A stretch of 64,000 nt of DNA from Paludibacteraceae bacterium (GCA_017443075.1 JAFSPC010000065.1:6413-70412), one strand, 5' to 3'. Shown: positions 45,420-56,016, numbered from the stretch's first letter. The notes: generated from the sequence alone by a model not told the origin. A program made the numbers and translations.

Positions 45420-46676
45420 ATGCTGAAACGAGTAGTCATAACCGGACTGGGCACGATCAATCCGTTGGGAAACGATGTACCATCGACCTGGTCGGCACTG
45501 ATGGCCGGCAAGAGCGGTGCAGGACCTATCACCCTATTTGATCATACGTTGCACCGTACGCATTTTGCATGCGAAGTAAAAGGGTTCGATCCAAACGCCT
45601 ACTTCGACATGAAGGAGCAACGTAAGTTGGATCGGTTCACGATGTTAGCTTACGCTGCCGCCCTTGAGGCTTACCAAGATGCCGACCTCCCCTCGACCGA
45701 AGATCCAACACGCATAGGCGTCATCGTCGGTTCGGGTATGGGCGGAGTGAGCACCTTTGAGCAACAAGTGACGGAGCATGAGCAGCAGGGCGACCACGTG
45801 CCGCACTATTCGCCATTCCTGATTCCGCGTATCATCACCGATATTGCAGCAGGATATATCGCCATCCGCTTGGGGCTGAAGGGACCCAACTTCTGCACCA
45901 CTGCAGCCTGTGCCTCGTCAGCCATAGCGTTTATGTCAGCGATGAACCATATTCGTCTTGGCAAGGCCGACGCCATCCTCGTGGGTGGCAGCGAAGCAGA
46001 GATATGCTCCATATCCATAGGCGGCTTCAACGCCTTACGCGCACTATCCACGCGCAATGATGAGCCGTTGACCGCCTCCCGCCCGTTCTCCGCTTCACGC
46101 GACGGGTTTGTGGCAGGCGAAGGAGCTGCATGCGTAATGCTGGAGGAATATGAGCACGCCTTGCGCCGCGGGGCTAAGATCTATGCCGAACTGGTAGGCT
46201 ACGGCTCTACCGCCGATGCCTTCCATCTGACGGCCCCCGACCCTGAGGGCGACGGTGCAGCGCGCGTGATGATAGAAGCTGTCAAGGATGCAGGTATTCG
46301 TCCGGAGGAGGTCGATTATATCAACACCCACGGCACCTCGACGCCCTTGGGAGATCAGGCTGAGGCGAAAGCTGTCATCAAGGCGTTTGGCGAGCATGCG
46401 TACGAGATGAATCTATCGTCCACCAAATCGATGACAGGTCATCTGTTGGGCGCAGCAGGCGCACTGGAGGCACTGATAACCGCGCTATCGTTGTATCATC
46501 AGGTTGTACCGCCCACCACCAATCATGCACAGGGCGACGATGACCCGAATATTGACAACCGCTTGAACTTTACGTTCAATACGCCACAACATAGACCGAT
46601 GCGCTACGCCTTGAGTAACGCCTTCGGATTTGGCGGACACAATGCCACACTCGCATTGGGCGCATGGCAACAGTAG
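45420..46676 (+). CDS. fabF: beta-ketoacyl-ACP synthase II
   Basis: 418 aa with an active-site Cys in TTACASS, two His contexts (NTHGTST, KSMTGHLLGAAG) and a C-terminal FGFGGHN. Confidence 0.92.
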   Translation: MLKRVVITGLGTINPLGNDVPSTWSALMAGKSGAGPITLFDHTLHRTHFACEVKGFDPNAYFDMKEQRKLDRFTMLAYAAALEAYQDADLPSTEDPTRIGVIVGSGMGGVSTFEQQVTEHEQQGDHVPHYSPFLIPRIITDIAAGYIAIRLGLKGPNFCTTAACASSAIAFMSAMNHIRLGKADAILVGGSEAEICSISIGGFNALRALSTRNDEPLTASRPFSASRDGFVAGEGAACVMLEEYEHALRRGAKIYAELVGYGSTADAFHLTAPDPEGDGAARVMIEAVKDAGIRPEEVDYINTHGTSTPLGDQAEAKAVIKAFGEHAYEMNLSSTKSMTGHLLGAAGALEALITALSLYHQVVPPTTNHAQGDDDPNIDNRLNFTFNTPQHRPMRYALSNAFGFGGHNATLALGAWQQ

Positions 46677-46772
46677 CAACTATACGATCGATACCATGTT
46701 AAGCGCAATACAAGAAGAACAATAGTGTAAAAACTATTATATATTCCTAACGTTTAACTAAATTGATTGATT

Positions 46773-46970
46773 ATGAATGTAGAAATGATTGGCGCTAACG
46801 CCGGGAAGGTTTGGACCGCACTACAGAACGGAGCTCTATCAAGCAAAGCTCTGAAGAAAGCTACCAAACTCAAAGAAGCCGACCTCAACCTCGCTTTAGG
46901 TTGGTTGGCACGCGAAGGCAAACTCACCTTTACCGAAGCGGCAGAGGAAACAATTATTGCCTTGGCATAA
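46773..46970 (+). CDS. small winged-helix protein (DUF2582-like)
   Basis: 65 aa from ATG 46773; the ORF opens at TTG 46767. The pattern AGKVW..L......S...L.K.T.L....L..ALGWLAREGK is wHTH-like. Confidence 0.55.
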   Translation: MNVEMIGANAGKVWTALQNGALSSKALKKATKLKEADLNLALGWLAREGKLTFTEAAEETIIALA

Positions 46971-46986
46971 CAATCTACACAACGAT

Positions 46987-47016
46987 GATACCCGCCTTAA
47001 CATGATGGCGGGTATC
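46987..47016 (+). terminator. hairpin, candidate terminator
   Basis: A 10-bp perfect stem, gatacccgcc pairing with ggcgggtatc, closes a 10-nt loop. The T tail is weak. Confidence 0.45.
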
Positions 47017-47080
47017 TCTGTATAAATGGGTATATCAACGCTTAGCAAGCACTTCAGAAACACATTTGAATATAGTAACA

Positions 47081-48523
47081 ATGAAACGATCTTTACTCAT
47101 CCTATTTGCCCTGACGGCACTGCTGCGTTTCGCCTCTGCCGAAGCGCAATTTGATTTTCTGACCGCACTACCCAAAGGCTGGACGGCCACTGTTGCCCCG
47201 AATGGGTACGAGGAGCGCGGAGCACAGTTCATAGCCAACAGCGAACTATCGCTACCGGGCGTGAACAACGTAACGGAAGTGACCATCGTGTGCTCGACGA
47301 ACATTGAGGGCGAGGTGAACAGCATCGAGGTCAAAATAGGCGACACATCGTTGGGCGTACAGAAACTGCCTAAAGCCAACAATCAGACCCTTACCTTCAA
47401 GCATGAGACAGCCTTGGATGGCGAACTGAGGATCATCATCACCCGCACCAAAAAATCTGTGTGGATTCGATCGGTGACGATAGACGGCACCTATGACAGC
47501 AGCATTGAGGACGAGGATCTGACGGAAGGCTTGGATGCTGCGTACAGCTATGCCGAACCTACCAAGGTGCTCAGTACAGATTCGTTGGGCAGCAAGCTGC
47601 CTTACACCTTTACCTGTAATAATGTGAAGGTCATAGCCAGCATGGGCACCAAGACCGCCTCATACTTTGGTGCTAACGCCAATTCGACGCTGACACTTGT
47701 CACCACCCGAAAGATGAAAGCGCTGGTGGTGGACGGCTTCCTGCGCAAGGGTTTCACGGCATCGGCATCGGCAGGTACGATCGCCTACAAGACCTCCGAC
47801 GGCGTGGATATAGAGGAGGCTGAGGTACTGGCAGTTATGGATATAGATACCAATATCGTCACGCTTGCCTGCGACAAGCAGCTACGCTGCCATGAGGTGC
47901 GGATATACTTCGAAGCTAATCCTGAAGTGGATATACAAGGGGGTAGCGAACCCTATTCATACTACTACGAGCCAGAGCAGGTTAGGGCTTTTGACCTACA
48001 ATTTGACTCGCTGCAGTACGTGGATATGACTGCCAATCTGGGCTACGCGTGCACCAGCCTGCTCTTTACAAGCGGTGAGGCGGAGTTGACGCTTGCTGTC
48101 TTTGCCCCGACAGATGATGACACCATACTGCCTGTAGGGACCTATCCTATCAACGACAGCTATGCCGCCAACACCGTGCAAGCATCGCCGGGAGGTGACG
48201 AGTACATGGATTATCCGTCGTACCTCGCGACAGACTTTGAGTTGGGCGAAAACAGTAACTGGCTGTACAACCCGTACTACATCGTTAGCGGCACGCTGGA
48301 GGTGCTGGCGATGGAGGGCGGTGTGGCGTTTATCCTCAACGCGACCTCCTACAATGGTTCAACAATCAAGGCTGCATACATGAATGGCAAAGGTGAACCG
48401 TACGTAGAAGAGGCCGTCAGTCCCGCCTATGTTATACCTCATGCCACAAAGATGCTGCGTGACGGACAATTATTTATCCGCCAAGGTAACAAGTGCTTCG
48501 GTATAAACGGGGAAGAGAAATAA
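47081..48523 (+). CDS. hypothetical secreted protein
   Basis: The ORF opens at TTG 47066. ATG 47081 gives a signal peptide (MKRSLLILFALTALLRFASAEAQ). I recognise no family. Confidence 0.6.
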   Translation: MKRSLLILFALTALLRFASAEAQFDFLTALPKGWTATVAPNGYEERGAQFIANSELSLPGVNNVTEVTIVCSTNIEGEVNSIEVKIGDTSLGVQKLPKANNQTLTFKHETALDGELRIIITRTKKSVWIRSVTIDGTYDSSIEDEDLTEGLDAAYSYAEPTKVLSTDSLGSKLPYTFTCNNVKVIASMGTKTASYFGANANSTLTLVTTRKMKALVVDGFLRKGFTASASAGTIAYKTSDGVDIEEAEVLAVMDIDTNIVTLACDKQLRCHEVRIYFEANPEVDIQGGSEPYSYYYEPEQVRAFDLQFDSLQYVDMTANLGYACTSLLFTSGEAELTLAVFAPTDDDTILPVGTYPINDSYAANTVQASPGGDEYMDYPSYLATDFELGENSNWLYNPYYIVSGTLEVLAMEGGVAFILNATSYNGSTIKAAYMNGKGEPYVEEAVSPAYVIPHATKMLRDGQLFIRQGNKCFGINGEEK

Positions 48524-49342
48524 TCAGTAGTCCACATGTGTGGCTTGTACAGGCGCGCCGAGGAACATTGCTGCAGCCTGAGCAAACCGATCGGGATCAT
48601 CGGTGGTGAGGTACGTACACTCGCCACCTTTTTGCAGCCGCAGCTCAATCTGAGGGTGACGCAGCAGGTAATCTGTCAGGCTCTGCGCCACGATTCCGCC
48701 TTGCGCTATCGTGCGACAGTCCTGCTTGCCGAGCAAGGCGAGCTCAGCATTGATGGCGGATTGAATAAGCGGATAATGGGTGCAGCCTAATAGCAGGGTA
48801 TCGATCAGCGGGTCACGGGAGATAAGCTGCCGGATATATTTCCTGATAAAGTATTGCGCCCCATCCGATGTGTGTTCGCCTGCCTCTATCAACGGCACCC
48901 ACATCGGGCACGGCTGCTGGGTTACGACCAATGCGGGATCCTGCTTGGCAAGCTCAATCCGATAGCTCTCCGACGCCACTGTACCGGGTGTAGCAAGCAC
49001 ACCTATGTGTTTGGTGCGCGTGAGAGAGGGTACGACTTCTGCCGTAGGGCGGATAACGCCCAGCACACGCAGTTGCTCGGGGTCGATGTCGTGCTGCTGA
49101 ATGGTGCGTAGTGCCTTGGCTGAAGCAGTGTTACATGCAAGGATGATGAGCGTGCACCCTTGCCGATGCAGATAGCGGACGGCATCTAAAGTATAGTGAT
49201 AGATGCAATCAAACGACCGTGTGCCATAGGGGGCACGGGCATTATCGCCGAGATAGATATAATCGTACTCCGGCAACTGACGGCGAATCTGCTTGAGTAT
49301 AGTCAATCCGCCATAACCGCTATCAAACACACCTATCATCAC
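48524..49342 (-). CDS. murI: glutamate racemase
   Basis: 272 aa with GVFDSGYGGLT, LACNTAS and GCTHYP. Confidence 0.92.
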   Translation of the reverse strand: MMIGVFDSGYGGLTILKQIRRQLPEYDYIYLGDNARAPYGTRSFDCIYHYTLDAVRYLHRQGCTLIILACNTASAKALRTIQQHDIDPEQLRVLGVIRPTAEVVPSLTRTKHIGVLATPGTVASESYRIELAKQDPALVVTQQPCPMWVPLIEAGEHTSDGAQYFIRKYIRQLISRDPLIDTLLLGCTHYPLIQSAINAELALLGKQDCRTIAQGGIVAQSLTDYLLRHPQIELRLQKGGECTYLTTDDPDRFAQAAAMFLGAPVQATHVDY

Positions 49343-49347
49343 GTATC

Positions 49348-51102
49348 TTATTCATCCGAGAAGTGTACCAGCACATGGCGGTAGGAGTTGAATATCTTGG
49401 ATTTGGATACGAATCCGAGATACTTGTTCTGCTCATCCACCACGGGCAGATTCCACGCCCCTGTGTCCTCAAAAATCTCCATCACCTTTTCCATAGGCAG
49501 GTCGTGACGCAGTACTACCTGCGGGTAGTTCATCAGTTGCGCCACGGTGAAGCGCTTGTATAAGCGAGGTTGGAACATAATATTCCTCACCTCATCCAGT
49601 AGCAATATCCCCTGCAGTTCGCCATTTGCATCGACTACGGGGAAGATGTTACGCTTGCTATCAGCAATCACCTTCACCAGTTGTCCCAGATTCATATCCG
49701 GCGACACGGTGCTCAAGTCTGTCTCCAGCACACTATCCATCTTCAGGAGCGTCAGCACCGAGCGATCTTTGTTATGCGTCAGCAGTTCGCCCTTTTGTGC
49801 AAGGCGCATAGCATACAAACTATGCGGTTCAAACAGCATGATCGTCAGGTACGACACCACCGCTACAATCATCAGTGGCATAAGCAGGTGGTAGCCGCCG
49901 GTGAGTTCGGCTATGAGGAAGATACCCGTCAGCGGCGCATGCATCACGCCGGACATCAGTCCTGCCATACCCACAAGGGCGAAGTTAACCACCGGCACTT
50001 GCACGCCGACGAGGCTCAACAACTGTGCACACAGGAAACCTACCAGCGCGCCCATAAACAGTGAGGGAGCAAATATACCACCTACGCCACCGCCGCCGTT
50101 GGTAGCAACCGAAGCAACGATCTTCAGCAGCAACACCATCGAGAAATAGGTGATGATGACCCACATCGAGTTACCGAATCGCGCAAACGGACTGAAGGCA
50201 ATACCAGAGTAAGGGTCGTTGTTAAACAATTGCAGGATTACATCGTATCCCTCGCCGTAGAGGGGCGGAAACAAATAGATCAGCACACCCAACACCGTAC
50301 CGCCCACGAGGATCTTCACCCACATATTCTTCAGCCGCTTAAAGCGTTGCTCCAGCCTATTCATACCTCGCGTAAAGTATAACGATACAAAGCCGCACGC
50401 CACGCCTAACAGCAGATACCACGGTATGCGTCTGAGCGTAAAGGCCTCAATCGTGGTCAGCTCAAACATCGGAGTGAAGCCCGTAGTAAAATATGCGATG
50501 GCGGAAGCCGTGACCGATGATATGAGCAGCGGTGCTACGGAGTTCATCGTCAGATCCATCATCAGCACCTCAAGCGTGAACACGAGGCCGGCGATTGGAG
50601 CCTTGAATATACCGCCTATGGCACCGGCAGCACCACAACCAATCATCAGCATCATCGTCTTTTGGTCCAAATGAAAGAGCTTAGCCAAGTTCGAACCGAT
50701 AGCGGCACCGGTCAACACGATAGGCGCCTCAGCACCTACCGAGCCGCCAAATCCTATCGTTATGCCGCTGCCAATGATGCTCGACCACATATTGTGGCTC
50801 TTGATGATGGACTTGCGCTGTGAGATGGCGAACAATATCTTGGTTATACCATGCGATATATCGTCCCGCACCACATAGCGCACAAACAATGCCGCCAAGG
50901 CTATGCCTATCATCGGGCATATAATGAACCACCAGTAGTGCTCACCAGCAATCAGATAGGTATTGATCAGGTATTGTATGAGGTGAATAAACAACTTGAG
51001 TACGTATGCCGCCAATGCGGACAACACGCCCACCATCAAGCTCAGCAGCAGCACCAGTTGCTTTTGCGCTATATGTTGTTGTATCCACTTAACCATACTC
51101 AT
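49348..51102 (-). CDS. ClC-family chloride channel/antiporter with C-terminal CBS pair
   Basis: ClC motifs are present (GSGI..GFGGS.G.E.P, GIF.P) with two CBS-like repeats at the C-terminus. I chose the start at 51102, an ATGA overlap with the obg stop. Confidence 0.85.
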   Translation of the reverse strand: MSMVKWIQQHIAQKQLVLLLSLMVGVLSALAAYVLKLFIHLIQYLINTYLIAGEHYWWFIICPMIGIALAALFVRYVVRDDISHGITKILFAISQRKSIIKSHNMWSSIIGSGITIGFGGSVGAEAPIVLTGAAIGSNLAKLFHLDQKTMMLMIGCGAAGAIGGIFKAPIAGLVFTLEVLMMDLTMNSVAPLLISSVTASAIAYFTTGFTPMFELTTIEAFTLRRIPWYLLLGVACGFVSLYFTRGMNRLEQRFKRLKNMWVKILVGGTVLGVLIYLFPPLYGEGYDVILQLFNNDPYSGIAFSPFARFGNSMWVIITYFSMVLLLKIVASVATNGGGGVGGIFAPSLFMGALVGFLCAQLLSLVGVQVPVVNFALVGMAGLMSGVMHAPLTGIFLIAELTGGYHLLMPLMIVAVVSYLTIMLFEPHSLYAMRLAQKGELLTHNKDRSVLTLLKMDSVLETDLSTVSPDMNLGQLVKVIADSKRNIFPVVDANGELQGILLLDEVRNIMFQPRLYKRFTVAQLMNYPQVVLRHDLPMEKVMEIFEDTGAWNLPVVDEQNKYLGFVSKSKIFNSYRHVLVHFSDE

Positions 51103-52265
51103 GCATCCCAACCTATACCTTCGTACTTGGTCAGGTCCCAATCCTCCTCCACCTCGTTCAGGTAGATGGTGTGTTCCTCGTCGTCCTGTTCGTTCCCCGC
51201 CTCTGCTTCTTGTCGTTCGACGCGTGCGATGTCAAGCGGTGAGTGAGAGATTTCAATCACTTGATTCTGCTCCTTGCTCAGTTCGTTCCAAAGCGCATCT
51301 TTCAGTTCGCTTATACCTTGCACGCTCACGGAAGAGAAAGCAACGACAGGGACGTCGTTTGTGCTGCCCAACGCGGCTACTATCCTGCTGACCTCCTGCT
51401 CGGGCATAGTGTCCGACTTGCTCACAGCGAGGATACGTGCCTTCGACAGCAGCTGGGGGTTATACTTCTCCAACTCGGACAGCAAGACCTCGTATTCGTG
51501 TTGCGGATCGACGCTGCATGCCGGCACAAGGAACAGCAGCACTGCGTTGCGCTCGATGTGCCGCAGGAATCGCAGTCCCAGGCCCTTGCCTTCGGCTGCG
51601 CCCTCAATGATGCCGGGTATATCCGCCATGCAGAACGAGCGGTCGTCACGATAAGACACGATGCCCAATTGTGGCGTGAGGGTAGTAAAGGGATAATCGG
51701 CTATCTCGGGTTTGGCGGCAGACACAACGCTCAGCAGAGTTGATTTGCCGGCGTTTGGGAAGCCCACCAGGCCTACATCCGCCAGCACCTTTATTTGCAT
51801 AATGACGGTGCGCTCCTGTGCCGGTTCGCCGGGTTGTGCGTATCGTGGAGCCTGATTCGTTGCGGTACGAAAATGCCAGTTACCCAAGCCTCCGCGTCCG
51901 CCTTTGAGCAGAACGACCTGCTCGCCATGCTCCTTGATCTCCGTCAGCCACTCGCCCGTCTCGCCATCATAGACGACCGTGCCGCAGGGCACCTCAATGA
52001 TTCTGTCCTCACCATCCTTGCCAAACGAGCGGCTCTCGCCGCCCTTGCCGCCGTCGGTGGCTTGTATATGCTTCCGGTACTTCAGATGCAACAGCGTCCA
52101 CAGGTTACGGTTGCCGCGCAGTATGATGTGCCCGCCACGACCGCCATCACCGCCATCCGGACCACCTTTGGGTACATACTTGGCACGGTGAAAGTGCATA
52201 CTACCTGCGCCGCCCTTACCAGAGCGGCAGTAGATCTTGACATAATCAATGAAGTTTGTCGCCAT
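51099..52265 (-). CDS. obg: GTPase Obg/CgtA
   Basis: 388 aa with the Gly-rich Obg fold (GGAGS.HF.R.K..P.GGPDGGDGG.GG) and G1 GFPNAGKST. Confidence 0.92.
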   Translation of the reverse strand: MATNFIDYVKIYCRSGKGGAGSMHFHRAKYVPKGGPDGGDGGRGGHIILRGNRNLWTLLHLKYRKHIQATDGGKGGESRSFGKDGEDRIIEVPCGTVVYDGETGEWLTEIKEHGEQVVLLKGGRGGLGNWHFRTATNQAPRYAQPGEPAQERTVIMQIKVLADVGLVGFPNAGKSTLLSVVSAAKPEIADYPFTTLTPQLGIVSYRDDRSFCMADIPGIIEGAAEGKGLGLRFLRHIERNAVLLFLVPACSVDPQHEYEVLLSELEKYNPQLLSKARILAVSKSDTMPEQEVSRIVAALGSTNDVPVVAFSSVSVQGISELKDALWNELSKEQNQVIEISHSPLDIARVERQEAEAGNEQDDEEHTIYLNEVEEDWDLTKYEGIGWDA

Positions 52266-52301
52266 AACTGATAACGTATTTAGGGTTACTGCGTGCTTAA
52301 A

Positions 52302-52877
52302 TCAATAAATCTTGTTGAGGATACGGCTTATACGACCGAATATTTCGCTGATTGTACCGAGACCTTGTATGCGCGCGTACTTGTCGTGCAACTCGTAGTA
52401 GTCGTCCACAGGACGTGTCTGCTCGTGGTACACAACGAGTCGCTCCTTGATGGTATCCAGATTGTCATCCGCCCGGCCGCTGATCTTACCGCGCTCTAAG
52501 AGGCGTCGGATAAGCTCGTCCTCAGGCACGTTGATGTCAATCAAGATAGCCGTCTCGTCACCGCGCTTCTTCATCAGGCGTTCCAGTTGTACCGCCTGGT
52601 TGAGAGTACGGGGGAAGCCGTCGAAAATCAAACCCTTGGTATCGGCAGGCAGGCGGTCGATATAATCCTCCAGCATCTTGATAGTCACATCATCCGGCAC
52701 AAGGTGACCTTGCGAGGTGTAGGACTCAATCAGTTTGCCTAATTCGCTGCCCGAGGCAGCCTCCTGACGCATCATCTGTCCTGTGCTCAGGTGCGTTAAG
52801 CCAAAATGCGCTACAATAAACTCCGCCTGCGTACCTTTGCCGCAGCCCGGGGCACCACATAAAATAATATTCTTCAT
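52302..52877 (-). CDS. adk: adenylate kinase
   Basis: 191 aa with the P-loop GAPGCGKGTQ and LSTG..R. It is the short form without a zinc lid. Confidence 0.92.
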   Translation of the reverse strand: MKNIILCGAPGCGKGTQAEFIVAHFGLTHLSTGQMMRQEAASGSELGKLIESYTSQGHLVPDDVTIKMLEDYIDRLPADTKGLIFDGFPRTLNQAVQLERLMKKRGDETAILIDINVPEDELIRRLLERGKISGRADDNLDTIKERLVVYHEQTRPVDDYYELHDKYARIQGLGTISEIFGRISRILNKIY

Positions 52878-52986
52878 TATTGCCTATTGTTGAGTGTTGA
52901 ATATTGAATATTGAGGGTTAAGTGTTGAATAAGCACAAAAAACGAGTTATCCTTGCGGATAACCCATTTCCCTTGAACAAGCAAGA

Positions 52987-53250
52987 TTAAAGAGCCAAAC
53001 CGGCACCTGCTTTGAACTTAACCACCTTCTTAGCAGGGATGGTAATTGTTGCTTTCGTAGCAGGATTGATACCCTGACGCTCAGGTTTCTCAACAACCTT
53101 CAGTGTACCGAAACCGATCAATTGTACAGCCTCGCCCTTCTTCAGAGCTTCAACAGTTGCCTCCAAAGCTGCATCTACAGCCTTTGCTGCAGCAACTTTC
53201 GTAATCTCAGCTTTTGCTGCTACAGCAGCAACGAGTTCACTTTTGTTCAT
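52987..53250 (-). CDS. HU-family DNA-binding protein
   Basis: 87 aa: MNKSELVAAVA...V.L.GFGT..V..+..R.G.NP.T......PA.K...FK.G. The longer ORF to 53625 runs through the promoter region. Confidence 0.9.
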   Translation of the reverse strand: MNKSELVAAVAAKAEITKVAAAKAVDAALEATVEALKKGEAVQLIGFGTLKVVEKPERQGINPATKATITIPAKKVVKFKAGAGLAL

Positions 53251-53307
53251 AACAATTAGATTAATTAAACGTTTAATAATTTCGGAGTTTCCTCCGTACG
53301 AACACTG

Positions 53308-53315
53308 CAAAGATA
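53308..53315 (-). promoter_or_regulatory. minus-strand -7 box (TATCTTTG) for the HU gene
   Basis: caaagata is the reverse complement of TATCTTTG, 58 nt upstream of ATG 53250. Confidence 0.55.
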
Positions 53316-53440
53316 TAATTATTTTTTCAAATTTGCAAGTATTTTGCAAAAAAAATGCGTCAAAATGGCAGAAAAATGCATTTTTTTGATGTGTAGCACG
53401 GAAATTGTTATGTTTTTTGTAGTATTTTACAGTAAAATTT

Positions 53441-54169
53441 ATGAGAAATCTACCCGTTGTAACTAAGAATCTTCTGCTTGCCAATGTGATTGTATGGCTG
53501 CTTGACGCCTTGCTCAAGCAATATAACGTCCATCTCATTGAGTGGTTCGGGCTGATGAACTGGTCGTACTCCTCGTTTGCCACGGTGTATCGTTCGTTCC
53601 ATATCTGGCAACCGCTGACGTACATGTTTATGCACGCTGATTTTGGTCATCTATTCTTCAACATGTTCGCCGTACTGATGTTCGGCCCTGCGCTGGAGCG
53701 CGAATGGGGCGAGCGCAAGTTTCTGATTTATTACCTTGTGTGCGGCTTAGGTGCTGCCCTCATTCAGGAGTTGGTGTGGATGGCGTTCATGCCGTCCGTT
53801 CCCACCACTACGATAGGAGCGAGTGGTGCCGTGTTCGGCATATTGTTTGCCTTTGGCTGGCTCTTTCCCGATGTACCTTTATACATCATGTTCATACCTG
53901 TTCCCATACGCGCGCGCATCTTTGTTATTGTGTACGCCGTGATCGAGTTGTTCGCAGGCTTAGGCAACATAGCCGGTGTGGCAGCCGACAATGTGGCGCA
54001 CTTTGCCCACTTGGGCGGCATGCTCTTCGGCTGGCTGCTCATTCTCGCTTGGCAAAAGGACTGGTTCAAGGGTGGCATGCGCGGACGCATACGGCGCGCT
54101 ACCGAGCCTAAGGAGAAAGGTGAGCGAGACTTTTCCGACTATCATTACCATTCGTCAGTTGGCGAATAG
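53441..54169 (+). CDS. rhomboid-family intramembrane serine protease
   Basis: 242 aa with 6 TM segments. Motifs are HAD..HL..N, GASGAVFG (catalytic Ser) and AHLGG (catalytic His). Confidence 0.85.
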   Translation: MRNLPVVTKNLLLANVIVWLLDALLKQYNVHLIEWFGLMNWSYSSFATVYRSFHIWQPLTYMFMHADFGHLFFNMFAVLMFGPALEREWGERKFLIYYLVCGLGAALIQELVWMAFMPSVPTTTIGASGAVFGILFAFGWLFPDVPLYIMFIPVPIRARIFVIVYAVIELFAGLGNIAGVAADNVAHFAHLGGMLFGWLLILAWQKDWFKGGMRGRIRRATEPKEKGERDFSDYHYHSSVGE

Positions 54170-54190
54170 CTAACCTATCAATACGCAACC

Positions 54191-55090
54191 ATGCAAAACA
54201 TCATTACAGTTATCGGCGGAGCGAACATCGATTTGTCGGCTACGCTGTTCGACAGTTTTATTGCGGCGGACTCCAATCCGGGCAAAGTGGATATAGGTTA
54301 CGGCGGTGTAGCGCGCAACATCGCGCATAATCTGGCATTGTTAGGCAACCGCGTGCAACTACTCACCGCTTTCGGGGGCGACCTGTTCGGCAAGCTGTTG
54401 CAAGACCACTGCAAGCAACAGGGCATTGACATACGGCTATCGGTCAGTGTGGATACGAAGCGCAGCGGTACGTACCTGTGCATCAACAACCATAGCGGCG
54501 AGATGATTGCCGCTGTAGCAGATACCGAGGCCGTCAGCGTTATCACCCCCGAGTGGCTTGAGCGGCGGATAGGAGACATCAACCGCTCGGATTATGTGGT
54601 GGCGGATACGAATATCAGCGAGTCAGCCATACGCTATCTGATGGAGAACACGACTGTACCCCTGCTCATCGATGGCGTTAGTACCACCAAGTCGCACCGC
54701 GTCGTGAATGCGCTTGCCAAAACCAAGCTGCCCTACCTACATACGCTCAAGCTTAACCTGAAAGAGGCTGTAGCCGTTACCGGCGAAGCCACCTATCCGC
54801 TGGCGGCACAGCGGCTCATTGACTTAGGCGTAGCACACATATATATCACGCTCGGCAGCGAGGGCGTCTATTGCCGTTCGGCAGCCGAGGAGTGGCTGTA
54901 CCCTGCCCTACCTGCCACCGATGTCGTTAACACCAATGGTGCCGGTGATGCTTTTCTGGCAGGCGTCGTCTATGCCTTGGGCAAAGGGCTGCACTTCCCC
55001 GAGACCGCTCAATACGGATTGATGGCGGCCCGAGCCACACTGATGAGTAGCAAACCCGTCAACCCGGATATAACGAACATACTACTATAG
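54191..55090 (+). CDS. psuK: PfkB-family kinase, probable pseudouridine kinase
   Basis: 299 aa with GGANIDL, GGV.RN and NTNGAGDAF. The function is inferred from the immediately downstream psuG. Confidence 0.7.
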   Translation: MQNIITVIGGANIDLSATLFDSFIAADSNPGKVDIGYGGVARNIAHNLALLGNRVQLLTAFGGDLFGKLLQDHCKQQGIDIRLSVSVDTKRSGTYLCINNHSGEMIAAVADTEAVSVITPEWLERRIGDINRSDYVVADTNISESAIRYLMENTTVPLLIDGVSTTKSHRVVNALAKTKLPYLHTLKLNLKEAVAVTGEATYPLAAQRLIDLGVAHIYITLGSEGVYCRSAAEEWLYPALPATDVVNTNGAGDAFLAGVVYALGKGLHFPETAQYGLMAARATLMSSKPVNPDITNILL

Positions 55091-55104
55091 AAAGGAACAA
55101 AGCA

Positions 55105-56016
55105 ATGAACCAATACCTGTCTCTCTCGCCGGAGGTGGCGAGTGCACTAAGCGAGGGTAAGCCTGTGGTCGCCCTCGAGTCAACCATCATCAGCCATGGC
55201 ATGCCATATCCGCAGAACGTGGATACGGCACTGCGTGTCGAGCAGACCATCCGCGACAATGGTGCTGTGCCTGCCACCATTGCCATCATTGGCGGCAAGC
55301 TCAAAGCAGGCTGCACGCCTGACGAAATCGAATATCTGGGCAAGAAAGGTCAGGCTGTGACCAAAGTTTCGCGTCGCGACCTACCTGTGCTCATCGCGCG
55401 CGTTGAGGACGGGGCTACCACCGTCACCACAACAATGATCATCGCTGCCATGGCAGGTATACGCGTGTTTGCCACGGGGGGCATAGGAGGTGTTCACCGC
55501 GGGGCACAGCAGACCTTCGATATATCCGCCGACCTTGAGGAACTGGCACAAACGCCCGTGATGGTTATCTGTGCCGGTGCCAAGTCTATTCTGGACCTTG
55601 GGTTGACGCTGGAGTATCTGGAAACGAAAGGTGTGCCGGTTATCGGCTATGGCACGAGCGAGTTGCCGGCGTTCTATACGCGCCATAGCGGTTTCGGTGT
55701 CGATTACCGTATTGACTCGCCGGAAGAGCTGGCTGCCGTTTTCCGTGCCAAGATGGCTTGCGGACTCAAGGGAGGGATGCTGGTGACCAACCCTATCCCC
55801 GAGGAATACTCGATGCCTAAAGATGTTATTGATGCCGCTATCTCCCAGGCTCTGCGTGAGATGGACGAGCAAGGTATCCACGGCAAGCAGTGCACCCCGT
55901 TTCTGCTCGCCAAGGTCAAGGATCTGACCGGTGGCGACAGCCTCGCGGCTAATATCCAGCTCGTACTCAACAACGCCCGTCTCGCTGCCCGAACAGCCGC
56001 AGCCCTTGCCTGCTAA
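55105..56016 (+). CDS. psuG: pseudouridine-5'-phosphate glycosidase
   Basis: 303 aa with the IndA/YeiN pattern ALESTIISHGMPYPQN, ATGGIGGVHRG and VICAG.KSILD. Confidence 0.9.
   Translation: MNQYLSLSPEVASALSEGKPVVALESTIISHGMPYPQNVDTALRVEQTIRDNGAVPATIAIIGGKLKAGCTPDEIEYLGKKGQAVTKVSRRDLPVLIARVEDGATTVTTTMIIAAMAGIRVFATGGIGGVHRGAQQTFDISADLEELAQTPVMVICAGAKSILDLGLTLEYLETKGVPVIGYGTSELPAFYTRHSGFGVDYRIDSPEELAAVFRAKMACGLKGGMLVTNPIPEEYSMPKDVIDAAISQALREMDEQGIHGKQCTPFLLAKVKDLTGGDSLAANIQLVLNNARLAARTAAALAC

Noticed and set aside
48521-48526. Convergent genes (hypothetical 47081..48523 and murI) with directly abutting stop codons and no intergenic base
   Set aside because: The observation is real but trivial. 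It has no structural feature of its own and merely implies that termination occurs inside the opposing gene.
53251-53625. Upstream 125 codons of ORF 52987..53625 as part of the HU gene
   Set aside because: The extension runs through an AT-rich promoter region, including the -7 box at 53308-53315. HU proteins are about 90 aa, and MNKSELV at 53250 is the canonical start.
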